Source: Deltaproteobacteria bacterium (GTDB lineage: Bacteria; Myxococcota_A; Polyangia; Polyangiales; Houyiibacteriaceae). From it: a stretch of DNA of 64,000 nucleotides. A program made the position numbers and the translations under genes. Below, one piece after another: positions 28,505 through 37,340 of this stretch. How positions within the stretch are numbered: the stretch's first letter is position 1; each line of letters opens with the position of its first letter. The stretch lies in assembly GCA_034670305.1 (NCBI GenBank), contig JAXMNT010000014.1:32001-96000 (forward strand), written 5' to 3'. The notes under the pieces were generated by a model that saw only the letters and a list, made by a program, of their open reading frames with translations, was not told where the DNA came from and made no database searches.

Positions 28505-30274
28505 TCAACGTTTGCGCTGAATGTCCGCCGTCGGGTCGTTGTCCGGGGTCACGTAGATCTCTTCCGCGATGAGCGCACCCGAGGCACCGCGACCGAGTTC
28601 GGCGGCGTTGGCTTCGTCGGTGTCGATGTGCATCTCGAGTGCGTAGGAGTCCTTCACGCGGATCAGCACGTCGCCGAAGGTCAGGTCGCGGTCACCGCCG
28701 GTGACCTTCACCTCGACGTAGTCCTTGTCCTTCACGCCGTAGGCCTCGGCGTCCGCCACCGTCATGTGGATGTGGCGCCATGCGCAGATGAGGCCTTCTT
28801 CGAGGTGCAGCGTGCCCTTCGGCCCCTCGAGCGTGATCGGTGCGGAGCCTTGCACCTTCCCGGAGTGACGGACCGGCGCGTCGACGCCGAGCGCGAACTC
28901 GTCGGTGCGGGACACCTCGACCTGACACGCGGGGCGGAGCGGCCCGAGGATGCGCACCCGTTCGATGCGTCCGCGCGGTCCGATGATCGCGAGGCGTTCC
29001 TCCGCCGCGAACTGACCGGGCTGGGAGAGGTCTTTGTAGTGGGTCAGCTCGCTGCCTTCGCCGAAGAGCGTGTCCATCGCTTCGCGGGTCAGGTGGATGT
29101 GCCGGCCGCTGATCGCGATCGGGATCGGCTTCTTCGGGTGTTTCACCTTCTTGTCGCCGCGTGCCACGCCTGCACTCAAACGCGCGATCTGCAGTTCTTC
29201 GTTGGTGGCGACCACCAGCGCACGCACACGCGCAGTGCTCGACGAGATGTCGGCGACCGGGCTCTCGTGGCTGACCTTCGCGTCGCGGTTCTTGTCTTCG
29301 TCGATCCGGATTCCGAGGAAGTCGAGCCGCTGCAAAATGCGCATGCGCATGTCCGAGCCGTTCTCTCCGACGCCACCGGTCAACACGACCGCGTCGAGCC
29401 CGCCCATCACCGCGGCGTAGGCGCCGATGTACTTGCGGACCCGGTGTGCGAACACGTTGATGGCGAGCCGCGCGCGGTCGTCGCCTTCTTCCGCCTTGTT
29501 CTCGATGTCGCGCAGATCGTTGCCGATGCCGCTGATGCCGAGCAAGCCGCTCTCGCGGTTCAGCATGCGGTCGGTCTCGTCGATGCCGTGTTCGCGCGCG
29601 AGCTTCAGCACGAGCCCCGGATCGAGGTCGCCGCTTCGGGTGCCCATCACGAGGCCTTCGAGTGGGGTCAGCCCCATCGAGGTCTCGACCGACCCACCGA
29701 ACTCGATCGCACACGCGCTCGCGCCGTTGCCGAGGTGCAGCGTGACGAGTCGCAGCTCGCGGAGCGGCGTCTTCAGGTGCCCGGCTGCGAGCCCTGCGAC
29801 GTACGCATGCGAGGTGCCGTGGAACCCGTAGCGGCGCAGGGCGCCCTTCTCGGCGAGTTCGTAGTCGATGGCGTAGGTGCGCGCGCGACGTGGCAGACGC
29901 GCGTGAAACGCGGTGTCGAAGACGGCGACGTGCGGGACGTCCGGCAGCGCTGCGCGGGCCGCCTTGATGCCCGCAAGGTTGGCCGGGTTGTGCAAGGGCG
30001 CGAGCGGCACACACGCTTCGATCGCCGCGATGACATCGTCGTTGATCGCGGTCGCGTCGTGGAACTTCGCGCCGCCATGCACGACCCGGTGCCCGACCGC
30101 TTCGACGGTGTGGTCCTTCACCGCGGCGAGCACCTCCGCGAGTGCGTCCGCGTGGGTGCGGCCTTCGTCTCCGATGCGTTCGACCTTGCCCTTGGCCAGA
30201 GCCGCGCCGCTCTCGGAGTCGACGACTTGATACTTCACGCTCGAAGAGCCGCAGTTGATGACGAGTACCTTCAC
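28505..30274 (-). CDS. ackA: acetate/propionate kinase fused to a PduL-type phosphate acyltransferase
   Basis: VINCGSSSVKY, GHRVVHGG, APLHNP, RYGFHGTSH, HLGNGAS, MGTRSGD, TNEE; C-terminal ~190 aa ISGRHIHL...SQPGQFA...RHIHM...MHIDTDEANA is PduL. Confidence 0.92.
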   Translation of the reverse strand: MKVLVINCGSSSVKYQVVDSESGAALAKGKVERIGDEGRTHADALAEVLAAVKDHTVEAVGHRVVHGGAKFHDATAINDDVIAAIEACVPLAPLHNPANLAGIKAARAALPDVPHVAVFDTAFHARLPRRARTYAIDYELAEKGALRRYGFHGTSHAYVAGLAAGHLKTPLRELRLVTLHLGNGASACAIEFGGSVETSMGLTPLEGLVMGTRSGDLDPGLVLKLAREHGIDETDRMLNRESGLLGISGIGNDLRDIENKAEEGDDRARLAINVFAHRVRKYIGAYAAVMGGLDAVVLTGGVGENGSDMRMRILQRLDFLGIRIDEDKNRDAKVSHESPVADISSSTARVRALVVATNEELQIARLSAGVARGDKKVKHPKKPIPIAISGRHIHLTREAMDTLFGEGSELTHYKDLSQPGQFAAEERLAIIGPRGRIERVRILGPLRPACQVEVSRTDEFALGVDAPVRHSGKVQGSAPITLEGPKGTLHLEEGLICAWRHIHMTVADAEAYGVKDKDYVEVKVTGGDRDLTFGDVLIRVKDSYALEMHIDTDEANAAELGRGASGALIAEEIYVTPDNDPTADIQRKR

Positions 30275-30343
30275 AGAATCCCACTCCCTTTGAATGCCCG
30301 AATGGGCAGAGGCCGCGAGGCTACCCGATCTGCGTTCGTTTGA

Positions 30344-31273
30344 TCACGCCTTGGATCGTCGAGGCCCGCCGACGGATGGCCGGGTCTCGAGCCGGGTGCG
30401 AACCCGCTCGATCAGTGCGCGCTCGGCGCCGCGTTCCAGGCGAGACGCAGGCAAGCCAGCGAACACTTCGATGTCGGGCAGGCCTTCGATCGGAAGTCGC
30501 CGGAGCGCTTTCGCGCCCACGTGCACTTCGGCGGTCACGTCGGGCAACACGGTCAGGAGCTCGCCCGAGAGGCAGACCCGCAAGTTCGATCGCAACAGGG
30601 TGATGCGCATGCCGACTTTGCGCGGGAGCTCGGTCGGCCAGCCGTCCATCACCTGCCCCGTATCGCCGACTTGGGGAATCGAGAACGGATGCTCGAGCAC
30701 CATCGCTTGGGTCAACTTTCGTTTCCGGAAGAGCGGGTGCGTCTTGCCGCAGTAGACCGACATCGGGGTCGCGCCGAGCTTCTCGACCACGATGCCGTCC
30801 ACGGAGAGTTCTTCGTAGTAGAACGCGACGTCGATCTCGCCACGCGACAACATCGCGGTCGCGTCGGCGGTGCGTAGGTTCAGGCTCTCCGGGATGAGCC
30901 CGGCGTGGTCGCGCTTCATCTCGATGAGTGCCGGCACGACGAAGTTGTCGGTGAGCACCCCGAGCGACGCGACGCGGAAAGGGCCGAGGAAGGGATCGGC
31001 CAGGGTCCGTGAAAAGCCCTCGTCCACGGCGGCGACGGCGGACTTCACCGCGTCGCGCAAACTCGCGCCGCGGGTGTTGAGCACGAGCTGCCGACCGACC
31101 CGGTTGAAAAGCGGCTCGCCGACTTCCGCTTCGAGAAGGCGGAGGGTGCGCGAGATCGCCGCCGGCGTCAGATGCAGACGCCGACTCGCGCCAACGATGC
31201 TGCCGACTTCGGCCACTTCGAGGAATGCAGGCAGCCAGTTCCAGGCGCGTTTTCGGAGTTCGCGGGTGATCAC
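30344..31273 (-). CDS. LysR family transcriptional regulator
   Basis: FLEVAEVGSIVGASRRLHLTPAAISRTLRLLEAEVGEPLFNRVGR HTH. Confidence 0.92.
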   Translation of the reverse strand: MITRELRKRAWNWLPAFLEVAEVGSIVGASRRLHLTPAAISRTLRLLEAEVGEPLFNRVGRQLVLNTRGASLRDAVKSAVAAVDEGFSRTLADPFLGPFRVASLGVLTDNFVVPALIEMKRDHAGLIPESLNLRTADATAMLSRGEIDVAFYYEELSVDGIVVEKLGATPMSVYCGKTHPLFRKRKLTQAMVLEHPFSIPQVGDTGQVMDGWPTELPRKVGMRITLLRSNLRVCLSGELLTVLPDVTAEVHVGAKALRRLPIEGLPDIEVFAGLPASRLERGAERALIERVRTRLETRPSVGGPRRSKA

Positions 31274-31345
31274 AACGTTCCTCGCGGGTCGCGGGGGTTT
31301 CAGCGGGCCTCGACAACCGACGAAACAGCTCCGGCGCGAAAGACA

Positions 31346-31374
31346 ACTTTTCCTTGTCGGTTTGACAAGAAAGT
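31346..31374. promoter_or_regulatory. candidate LysR operator (T-N11-A dyad) overlapping a TTGACA hexamer
   Basis: CTTGTC-GGTTT-GACAAG dyad (31353-31369) in an AT-rich divergent intergenic region. Confidence 0.6.
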
Positions 31375-31406
31375 ATCGTTTTTCTTAGTCGCGCACCACC
31401 TCTAGG

Positions 31407-32690
31407 TTGATTCTCGTGGAAGCAGCCCCCTCCAGCGACCCGAACGTGTCCCGCCCCAAGCGGACGACCGGCTCGGTCGCTGCGCGTCCGAAGCCATCGG
31501 CCCTGCGCCGAATCGTCTCCGTCGGGCTCTCCCTCTGCGTCGCCCTTTGGGTCTCCGAGCAGGTCGCCGCGTCGGTGCGGGGCCACGCGTTCCCGTACCT
31601 GAACGCCTTCGAAGCCGACGCCCGCTACGGGGTGCGCTTGTCCGCGAATGCGCGGACCGCGGTCCGCAGCTTCGAAGGTCGGGTCACGTCGATCGAACTG
31701 AACGAACACGGCTTCCGTGGGCCGAGTTGGAACCTGGAGTCACCGACCGACGGCGGTCGGCGGGTGCTGCTGCTCGGGGACTCCCAGGTGTTCGGGTACA
31801 ACGTCTCGTACGCGGACTCGATGGCCGCGCGGCTCGCCGACGCACCCGAGGCCAGCACCATCTTCAACGCGGCGGTCCCGAGCTTCGGCCCGACCGAGTA
31901 CGTGCTGGCCGCCGAAGAATGGGTGCCGCGGCTTCGCCCGACCCACGTGGTGTTCGTCGCGAACGTGGCCAACGACTGGTTCGAGTGCGAGGTGCCGAAC
32001 CGCCTGCGCACGACCGCACGCGACGGCTGGGCAACCGCGCAGCACGCGGACCGCACACCGCCGACCGAGTTCTGGGGCCGCAGCTTTCTGATGGGCCGTT
32101 CCCACCTCGTGTTCGCGGCGCGCTCGGTGCTCTCGAAGGTCACCGGTCCGACGCCGCCTCGGGTCTCGACCGTCGACCAACTGCGCGAACGACTCGACGA
32201 GCTCGGCCGGGCACCTGCCGCCCCAGACGCGGCACAGCATGCCGTGCGCAGTCGCCTCACCCGACACCTCGAGGCCACCCGCCGGATCTGCGCCGAGCAT
32301 GGCTGCGAGGTGGTCGCCGCCGCGTTGCCGCTCGATGTGCAGGTCTACCACGGCGAGTGGGGCAAGTACCGGGCGACCCCGCGGGATCTGCGCCCGACCG
32401 AACGGATCGCGGCCGACTTCGTCGCGGACGCACAAGACCTCGGGGTGCCGGCGGTGAACCTCCTCGGGCCACTGCGCGCCGCGTCGCCCGGCGCGTTCTT
32501 GCCCGACGACTACCACCTCAGCCCGCGCGGGCACCAAGCGGTGGCGTCGGCGCTGCACGCCCTCCTCTCGACGCAGCACCACGCCGCTTCCGTTCCTCAC
32601 TCGCCATCCGCGCCCATGGATCCCGTTCCTTCCGTTCCTTCCACCCCCGTCCCGACGTTGGCCAACACGTTGCCCTCGGAGCTCCCATGA
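31407..32690 (+). CDS. membrane-anchored SGNH/GDSL hydrolase-family protein
   Basis: N-terminal TM; LNEHGFRG, LLLGDSQVFG, NAAVPSFG, ANDW, DDYHLSPRGH; exact start uncertain. Confidence 0.85.
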   Translation: MILVEAAPSSDPNVSRPKRTTGSVAARPKPSALRRIVSVGLSLCVALWVSEQVAASVRGHAFPYLNAFEADARYGVRLSANARTAVRSFEGRVTSIELNEHGFRGPSWNLESPTDGGRRVLLLGDSQVFGYNVSYADSMAARLADAPEASTIFNAAVPSFGPTEYVLAAEEWVPRLRPTHVVFVANVANDWFECEVPNRLRTTARDGWATAQHADRTPPTEFWGRSFLMGRSHLVFAARSVLSKVTGPTPPRVSTVDQLRERLDELGRAPAAPDAAQHAVRSRLTRHLEATRRICAEHGCEVVAAALPLDVQVYHGEWGKYRATPRDLRPTERIAADFVADAQDLGVPAVNLLGPLRAASPGAFLPDDYHLSPRGHQAVASALHALLSTQHHAASVPHSPSAPMDPVPSVPSTPVPTLANTLPSELP

Positions 32691-33427
32691 TCCCCTCCGC
32701 CCAGTCGCCCTCCCTGCTCACCCGCCTCGCCCTCGCGATCTCTTGGAACGACGACGCCAAGATCGCGAAGCGCTTGGCCGGGTTCTCCGCCACCGAAGCG
32801 GGCAGCGCGCTCGACATGTTGAAGGCCGCCGAGGAGTGCACGGAGCCGAAACTCCGGCGCCTCTTCTTCCGGCACGCGCTCGACGAAGCCCGGCACGCGG
32901 ACATGTTCCACGCCGCGGCGATCGCCCTCGAGCCCGACACCCAGACCGACGGCTACGACCTCATCCACGCCACGCGGCAGAACCTCTGGGCGCAGTACGG
33001 ACTGATTCGTTTTCTCGCCTTCGTCTACGTGGCCGAAGCCAAGGCCGCGCAGCAGTTCGCGGTGCTCGTTCGCAAGTTCGAGGCCCGGCCGGAGATCGCT
33101 CAGCTGTTTCGCGACGTGCTCAAGGACGAGCGGTTCCACGTCGCCTACAGCCGGCACCTGCTCGACGAACTCATCGCCGAAGGCCACGGCCAAGCGGTGC
33201 GGCGCGCGCTCTGGCGCGTGCGGGTGAGCGGCGCGTGGGGTGCGTGGCGACGCGCCGGGCGCCGCATCGGAGACTTCGTCTCGCGCGGCATCCTCACGGT
33301 GCTCTACGCCACGGTGGTGCCGGTCTTCGCGCTCTTTCAGCGCGTCTCCGAACGCCGGCCGGCCACGGGTTGGCAAGCGGCCCCGGAGCCGCCCCGCACC
33401 CTTGAAGATGCACGGGGCCAGTCGTGA
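32687..33427 (+). CDS. ferritin-like di-iron protein with SxtJ-like membrane tail
   Basis: ligand pattern ATEA...DEARH...VAEA...DERFH; C-terminal IGDFVSRGILTVLYATVVPVFALFQR; ATGA overlap with upstream gene. Confidence 0.75.
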   Translation: MIPSAQSPSLLTRLALAISWNDDAKIAKRLAGFSATEAGSALDMLKAAEECTEPKLRRLFFRHALDEARHADMFHAAAIALEPDTQTDGYDLIHATRQNLWAQYGLIRFLAFVYVAEAKAAQQFAVLVRKFEARPEIAQLFRDVLKDERFHVAYSRHLLDELIAEGHGQAVRRALWRVRVSGAWGAWRRAGRRIGDFVSRGILTVLYATVVPVFALFQRVSERRPATGWQAAPEPPRTLEDARGQS

Positions 33428-35250
33428 TCGTCCTTGGCATCAGCGCCTACTTTCACGACTCGGCCGCCGCCTTGGTCATCGACGGAGAGATCGTCGCAGC
33501 GGCTCAAGAGGAACGCTTCAGTCGGGTCAAACACGACGCGCGCCTCCCGATGGACGCGATCCGATTCTGCCTCGAGCAGGCCGGCATCACGCTCGACGAG
33601 GTCGACCAGGTCGTCTTCTACGAGAAGCCGCTCCGGAAGTTCGAACGCATCCTCGTGACCCAGTTGCGCGAGTTCCCGCGCGGGGCCGGCCAGTTCGCGC
33701 GCGCCCTCGGCACCTGGCTGACCAAACGGCTCTGGCTGAAGAGCGAACTCTGCGCGGAGCTCGGCTGCGCGCCGGAGCAACTGCTCTTCGTCGACCACCA
33801 CCTCTCGCACGCCGCCTCGAGCTTCTTGTGCGCGCCGTTCGAACACGCCGCGGTGGTCACGGCCGACGGAGTCGGTGAGTGGGCGTCCACCACGATCTAC
33901 GACGCGCACTCCTCGAAGGACTCAACCCGGATCGATCCGGTCGAAGAGATCCGGTTCCCCGATTCGATCGGGCTTCTGTACTCCGCGCTCACCGCGTACC
34001 TCGGGTTCCGGGTCAACGAAGGCGAGTACAAGGTCATGGGGCTCGCGTCCTATGGAGAGCCCCGGTTCGCGGCGCAGTTCGAGAAGCTCTGCATGCTGAA
34101 GGACGACGGCAGCTTCCGGCTCGACCCGACGTACTTCGCCTACCAACGCAGCGCCGAACACAGCTTCACGCCAGCCATGGTCGACTTGCTCGGACCGGCG
34201 CGAACGGCGGACGCACCCCTGCGGTTCGAACAGGGAACGGTCGGCATGGGCGGCGCAGAGGATCAGCGCTTCGCGGACATCGCCGCGTCGCTCCAGCACG
34301 TCACCGAACAAGCGATGCTCGGCCTGGCGCGGCGCGCCAAAGAACGCACCGGTGCCAGCGCGCTGTGTCTGGCGGGCGGGGTCGCGCTCAACTCGGTCGC
34401 CAACCGCAAGATCGCCGAGAGCGGGATCTTCGAACACGTCTTCGTCCAGCCGGCCGCCGGCGACGCGGGCGGCGCGCTCGGTGCCGCGCTCTACGTCGAC
34501 CACGTGCTCGGCGGCACGCCGCGCCGCGGCGGGATGGGCGCGCCGTTTTACGGGCAAGCGTTCGCCGACCAAGACGTGCGCTCGTTTCTGGCCGACTGCC
34601 GCGTGAAGCACACCCACCACGCCGACGACGCCGGCCTGCTCGGCGACGTCGCCTCGAGGCTCGCGGGCGGCGAAGTCGGCGCGTGGTTTCAGGGCCGCTT
34701 CGAGTGGGGCCCGCGCGCACTCGGCGCACGTTCGATCCTCGCCGACCCACGCGACCCCTCGATGGCCGATCGGGTCAACCGCAAGATCAAGTTCCGCGAA
34801 CCCTTCCGCCCGTTCGCGCCCGCGGTGCGCGCCGAAGAAGCGGGCCGCTGGTTCGACACCGGCAACGACGAACACCTCACGCGGTTCATGCTCTCGGTCG
34901 CGCCGGTGACCGCGGAAGGCCGCAAGACCTTGCCCGCCACAACCCACGTCGACGGCACCGCGCGGGTGCAGACGGTGCACGCCGACGAGAACCCGCGCTT
35001 TCACGGCTTGCTCGACGCCTTCCGGGCGGAGACCGGTGTCGGGGTGCTGCTCAACACGAGTCTGAACCTCAAGGGCGAGCCGCTCTGTGCATCGCCGGCG
35101 GAAGCCTACGGCGTGTTCCGCAGGTCGGCGCTCGACTTCCTCGCGATCGAGAACTGCGTGATCAGCAAAGCCGACATCCGCCGACGCGGCGAAGCCGAGC
35201 GAAGCGAGCGTTTGGGGGCTGTGCCCCCAAGATCGGAGAGACGACGATGA
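33424..35250 (+). CDS. O-carbamoyltransferase (NodU/CmcH/SxtI family)
   Basis: LGISAYFHDSAAAL, AAQEERFSRVKH, HHLSHAAS, DGVGE, EGEYKVMGLA, AGGVALN, GPRALGARSIL, KFREPFRPFAP, HVDGTAR, NTSLN. Confidence 0.95.
   Translation: MIVLGISAYFHDSAAALVIDGEIVAAAQEERFSRVKHDARLPMDAIRFCLEQAGITLDEVDQVVFYEKPLRKFERILVTQLREFPRGAGQFARALGTWLTKRLWLKSELCAELGCAPEQLLFVDHHLSHAASSFLCAPFEHAAVVTADGVGEWASTTIYDAHSSKDSTRIDPVEEIRFPDSIGLLYSALTAYLGFRVNEGEYKVMGLASYGEPRFAAQFEKLCMLKDDGSFRLDPTYFAYQRSAEHSFTPAMVDLLGPARTADAPLRFEQGTVGMGGAEDQRFADIAASLQHVTEQAMLGLARRAKERTGASALCLAGGVALNSVANRKIAESGIFEHVFVQPAAGDAGGALGAALYVDHVLGGTPRRGGMGAPFYGQAFADQDVRSFLADCRVKHTHHADDAGLLGDVASRLAGGEVGAWFQGRFEWGPRALGARSILADPRDPSMADRVNRKIKFREPFRPFAPAVRAEEAGRWFDTGNDEHLTRFMLSVAPVTAEGRKTLPATTHVDGTARVQTVHADENPRFHGLLDAFRAETGVGVLLNTSLNLKGEPLCASPAEAYGVFRRSALDFLAIENCVISKADIRRRGEAERSERLGAVPPRSERRR
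35181..35232 (-). repeat. REP-like unit (TTGGGGGC-ACA-GCCCCCAA hairpin plus GCTCGCTTCGCTCG tail) inside the carbamoyltransferase 3' end
   Basis: reverse complement reads tcttgggggcacagcccccaaacgctcgcttcgctcggcttcgccgcgtcgg, matching the 36.5 and 51.5 kb copies. Confidence 0.85.
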
Positions 35251-35552
35251 CTGTCGAACAGGTCCAAGGCCACCGACTCGGGCGCCCGCGCGCTGAGCGC
35301 CCATCCAAGCGGCGCGGCGGCCAACACCCGCTCACCGAACACCGAAAGCGGGCGCTGCCGCGACGTCGAGTGGGACGACTCGGTCGCATCGGCATGCGCT
35401 TTCGAGTGCTCGGAGAACTCTTGCGTTCGTTCGTTCGGAACGGTCGCTACTGGCTCGCGCCGATGGTCGTGGTGTTCGTGCTGGCCGGGCTCTTGCTCGG
35501 TCTGGTGCAGGTCCTCGAGTACGTCGCGCCCTTTGTCTACACGATGTTTTGA
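35247..35552 (+). CDS. SxtK-like (DUF5989) small membrane protein
   Basis: C-terminal ELLRSFVRNGRYWLAPMVVVFVL...VAPFVYTMF; ATGA-coupled start at 35247, alternative ATG at 35394. Confidence 0.85.
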   Translation: MTVEQVQGHRLGRPRAERPSKRRGGQHPLTEHRKRALPRRRVGRLGRIGMRFRVLGELLRSFVRNGRYWLAPMVVVFVLAGLLLGLVQVLEYVAPFVYTMF

Positions 35553-35566
35553 ACTTGGAGATTTCA

Positions 35567-36415
35567 GTGCGCACTCAATGGATACTTTTGCTCGCCTGTG
35601 CTGCTGCATGCAGCCAGGTACATACCGAACCCTCAACCGATGGGGCGATGGGAGACGCGGGCGCCGACGCCCCCCTGTGCGTGGCGCCGTTCGACGTCTG
35701 CCTGCTGGAGGGACTCGACTGCTGCGACGGCTACTGCGCCGACATCGGCTACGGAGACGCCACGTGTCTTCCGCGGCAGGCGGACGGCCAGTTCTGTCTG
35801 ACCGACGACGCCTGTCTGAGCGGCAACTGTCTGGAGAACGTGTGCGGCGGCCCCGACGCACCCGAGTGCTCCGCAGAGGGCAGTGCGTGTGGCGACCCCG
35901 GTGACGAGGCGTGTTGCGAAGCGCTCGTCTGCATCGTGCAGGAAGACGGCAGCGGCGCGTGTGAGGTCCAGCGCACGGATGGGGAGCCTTGTCGCGTCCG
36001 TGGACAATGCGCATCGCTTCAGTGCAACGACGGCACCTGCGGCCCGCCCACCGAATGTGTGTCGGAAGGCAACACCTGCGGGTTCGGATTCGGCGACACC
36101 TGCTGCGGCGAAGCCGAGTGCCGGATGATCTTCTACGGCAGCTCCGTGTGCACCGTGCCCAAAGCGGATGGCGCCGCCTGCAGCTACCGGCAGGAGTGTG
36201 CATCGAACCGTTGCTACGAAGGGCTCTGCCGGTCGGCCGAATGTGCCGAGCTGGAAGGCGCGTGCAGCTACGACCACCAGTGCTGTGCGGGGTACTGCAC
36301 GGGGCTCGGCGACTACGTACCTGGCGCGTGCGCGAACCGGCATCCCGAAGGCGAGCCGTGCATGCGCAACGAGTGGTGTGTCAGCGGAAGCTGCGTCGAC
36401 GGCGCCTGCGAGTAG
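35567..36415 (+). CDS. Cys-rich secreted lipoprotein (repeated GxxC...CxSxxC modules)
   Basis: GGAG RBS, signal ...ACAAAC, ~50 Cys in alternating modules. Confidence 0.82.
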   Translation: MRTQWILLLACAAACSQVHTEPSTDGAMGDAGADAPLCVAPFDVCLLEGLDCCDGYCADIGYGDATCLPRQADGQFCLTDDACLSGNCLENVCGGPDAPECSAEGSACGDPGDEACCEALVCIVQEDGSGACEVQRTDGEPCRVRGQCASLQCNDGTCGPPTECVSEGNTCGFGFGDTCCGEAECRMIFYGSSVCTVPKADGAACSYRQECASNRCYEGLCRSAECAELEGACSYDHQCCAGYCTGLGDYVPGACANRHPEGEPCMRNEWCVSGSCVDGACE

Positions 36416-36476
36416 CCCAAGAGTTCGTGCGGCGGGCTCCCTTCCACACAAAGGGAGTCCGTCGCACAACGTTGTC

Positions 36477-36609
36477 TCTTGGGGGCACAGCCCCCAAACC
36501 CCGTCCCGGTGACACCCCTGGCTCGCTTCGCGAGACTGCACGCTGTCGAGTTCTCATGGCCACTGCGGGCCTGGCTCGCTTCGCTCGACTTCGCCGCGTC
36601 GGTGCGGCC
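36477..36609 (+). repeat. REP-like composite repeat (family shared with 35.2 and 51.3-51.7 kb)
   Basis: cttgggggcacagcccccaaaccccgtcccggtgacac...cctggctcgcttcgcgagact...gggcctggctcgcttcgctcgacttcgccgcgtcgg. Confidence 0.85.
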
Positions 36610-36613
36610 CTAG

Positions 36614-36836
36614 CAGGTCGCTGAAAAGCGACCTGCTCCCTTGCCGTTGCCCTTGCCCGTGCCCTTGCCCGCGTCGTGGACGCCGTGTGTTTCGCCGACG
36701 GCGAGGCCGCGAATCGGAGCCCGATCGTCGCGCTGATCAAGCGACCTGACCGCTGATCCGCGGGCAAGGGCAAAGGCAAGGGCAGGGGCAAGGGGCCGGC
36801 TGCGAGAACGCCCTGCGGGCGTTCTTCAGCAGCCTG
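36614..36836. mobile_element. putative 223-bp MITE with imperfect TIRs and CTAG target duplication
   Basis: CTAG|CAGGTCGCTGAAAAG ... TTCTTCAGCAGCCTG|CTAG (11/15 IR match); internal (GCCCTT)n ... (AAGGGC)n inverted arms. Confidence 0.6.
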
Positions 36837-37340
36837 CTAGAACGCGCCGCCGTAGCCGAGCGCCAGCAATAGGAAACCGACGACGCCGGTGAGGATCGTG
36901 AGTCCCCGCGCGACCGGTCGGAGCAGCGCGCGCGCGGACCCGCCGGCCCCTGGTCGTTTGCCGAACCCGAGTCCGATGAGCGAGACCGCCAGGCAAAGGA
37001 GCCACGCGAGCGCCGCGCCGGGTGTGTCGGAGTCCGGCCGACTGTGTCCGACCGTCATCAACCCGACGATGTAGACCGCGGTGACGTTGCCCATCGCGGT
37101 CACGGTCGCGATCAATGTGGCGACGAGCGGCTTGAGCGAGAGGGTCTGGCCCGCGAGGTCTTCGCCGATCTGATCCCGAAGCCAGGCTTCCTTCTTCTCG
37201 GAGTCCGCGAGCGCACGTTTCGACGAGGCGAGCTTCGAGCGCAGCTGCGCGACCTCGGCTTCGAGCGACTCCGCTTGGCGCTGGAGGGCCTCGACCGGAG
37301 ACTCGCCCGGCGCTCCGCCTTCGGGAGCCGCGAGGCTCAT
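36837..37340 (-). CDS. coiled-coil plus 3-TM hypothetical protein
   Basis: MSLAAP...LQRQAESLEAEVAQLRSKL coiled coil, then hydrophobic helices; ATGA overlap with upstream gene. Confidence 0.65.
   Translation of the reverse strand: MSLAAPEGGAPGESPVEALQRQAESLEAEVAQLRSKLASSKRALADSEKKEAWLRDQIGEDLAGQTLSLKPLVATLIATVTAMGNVTAVYIVGLMTVGHSRPDSDTPGAALAWLLCLAVSLIGLGFGKRPGAGGSARALLRPVARGLTILTGVVGFLLLALGYGGAF

Noticed and set aside
28505-29130. Bacterial microcompartment locus
   Set aside because: PduL is present, but no shell-protein ORFs are visible in the window.
33424-35552. Saxitoxin biosynthesis cluster
   Set aside because: Only I/J/K/L-like genes are present; no sxtA, sxtG or other core genes.
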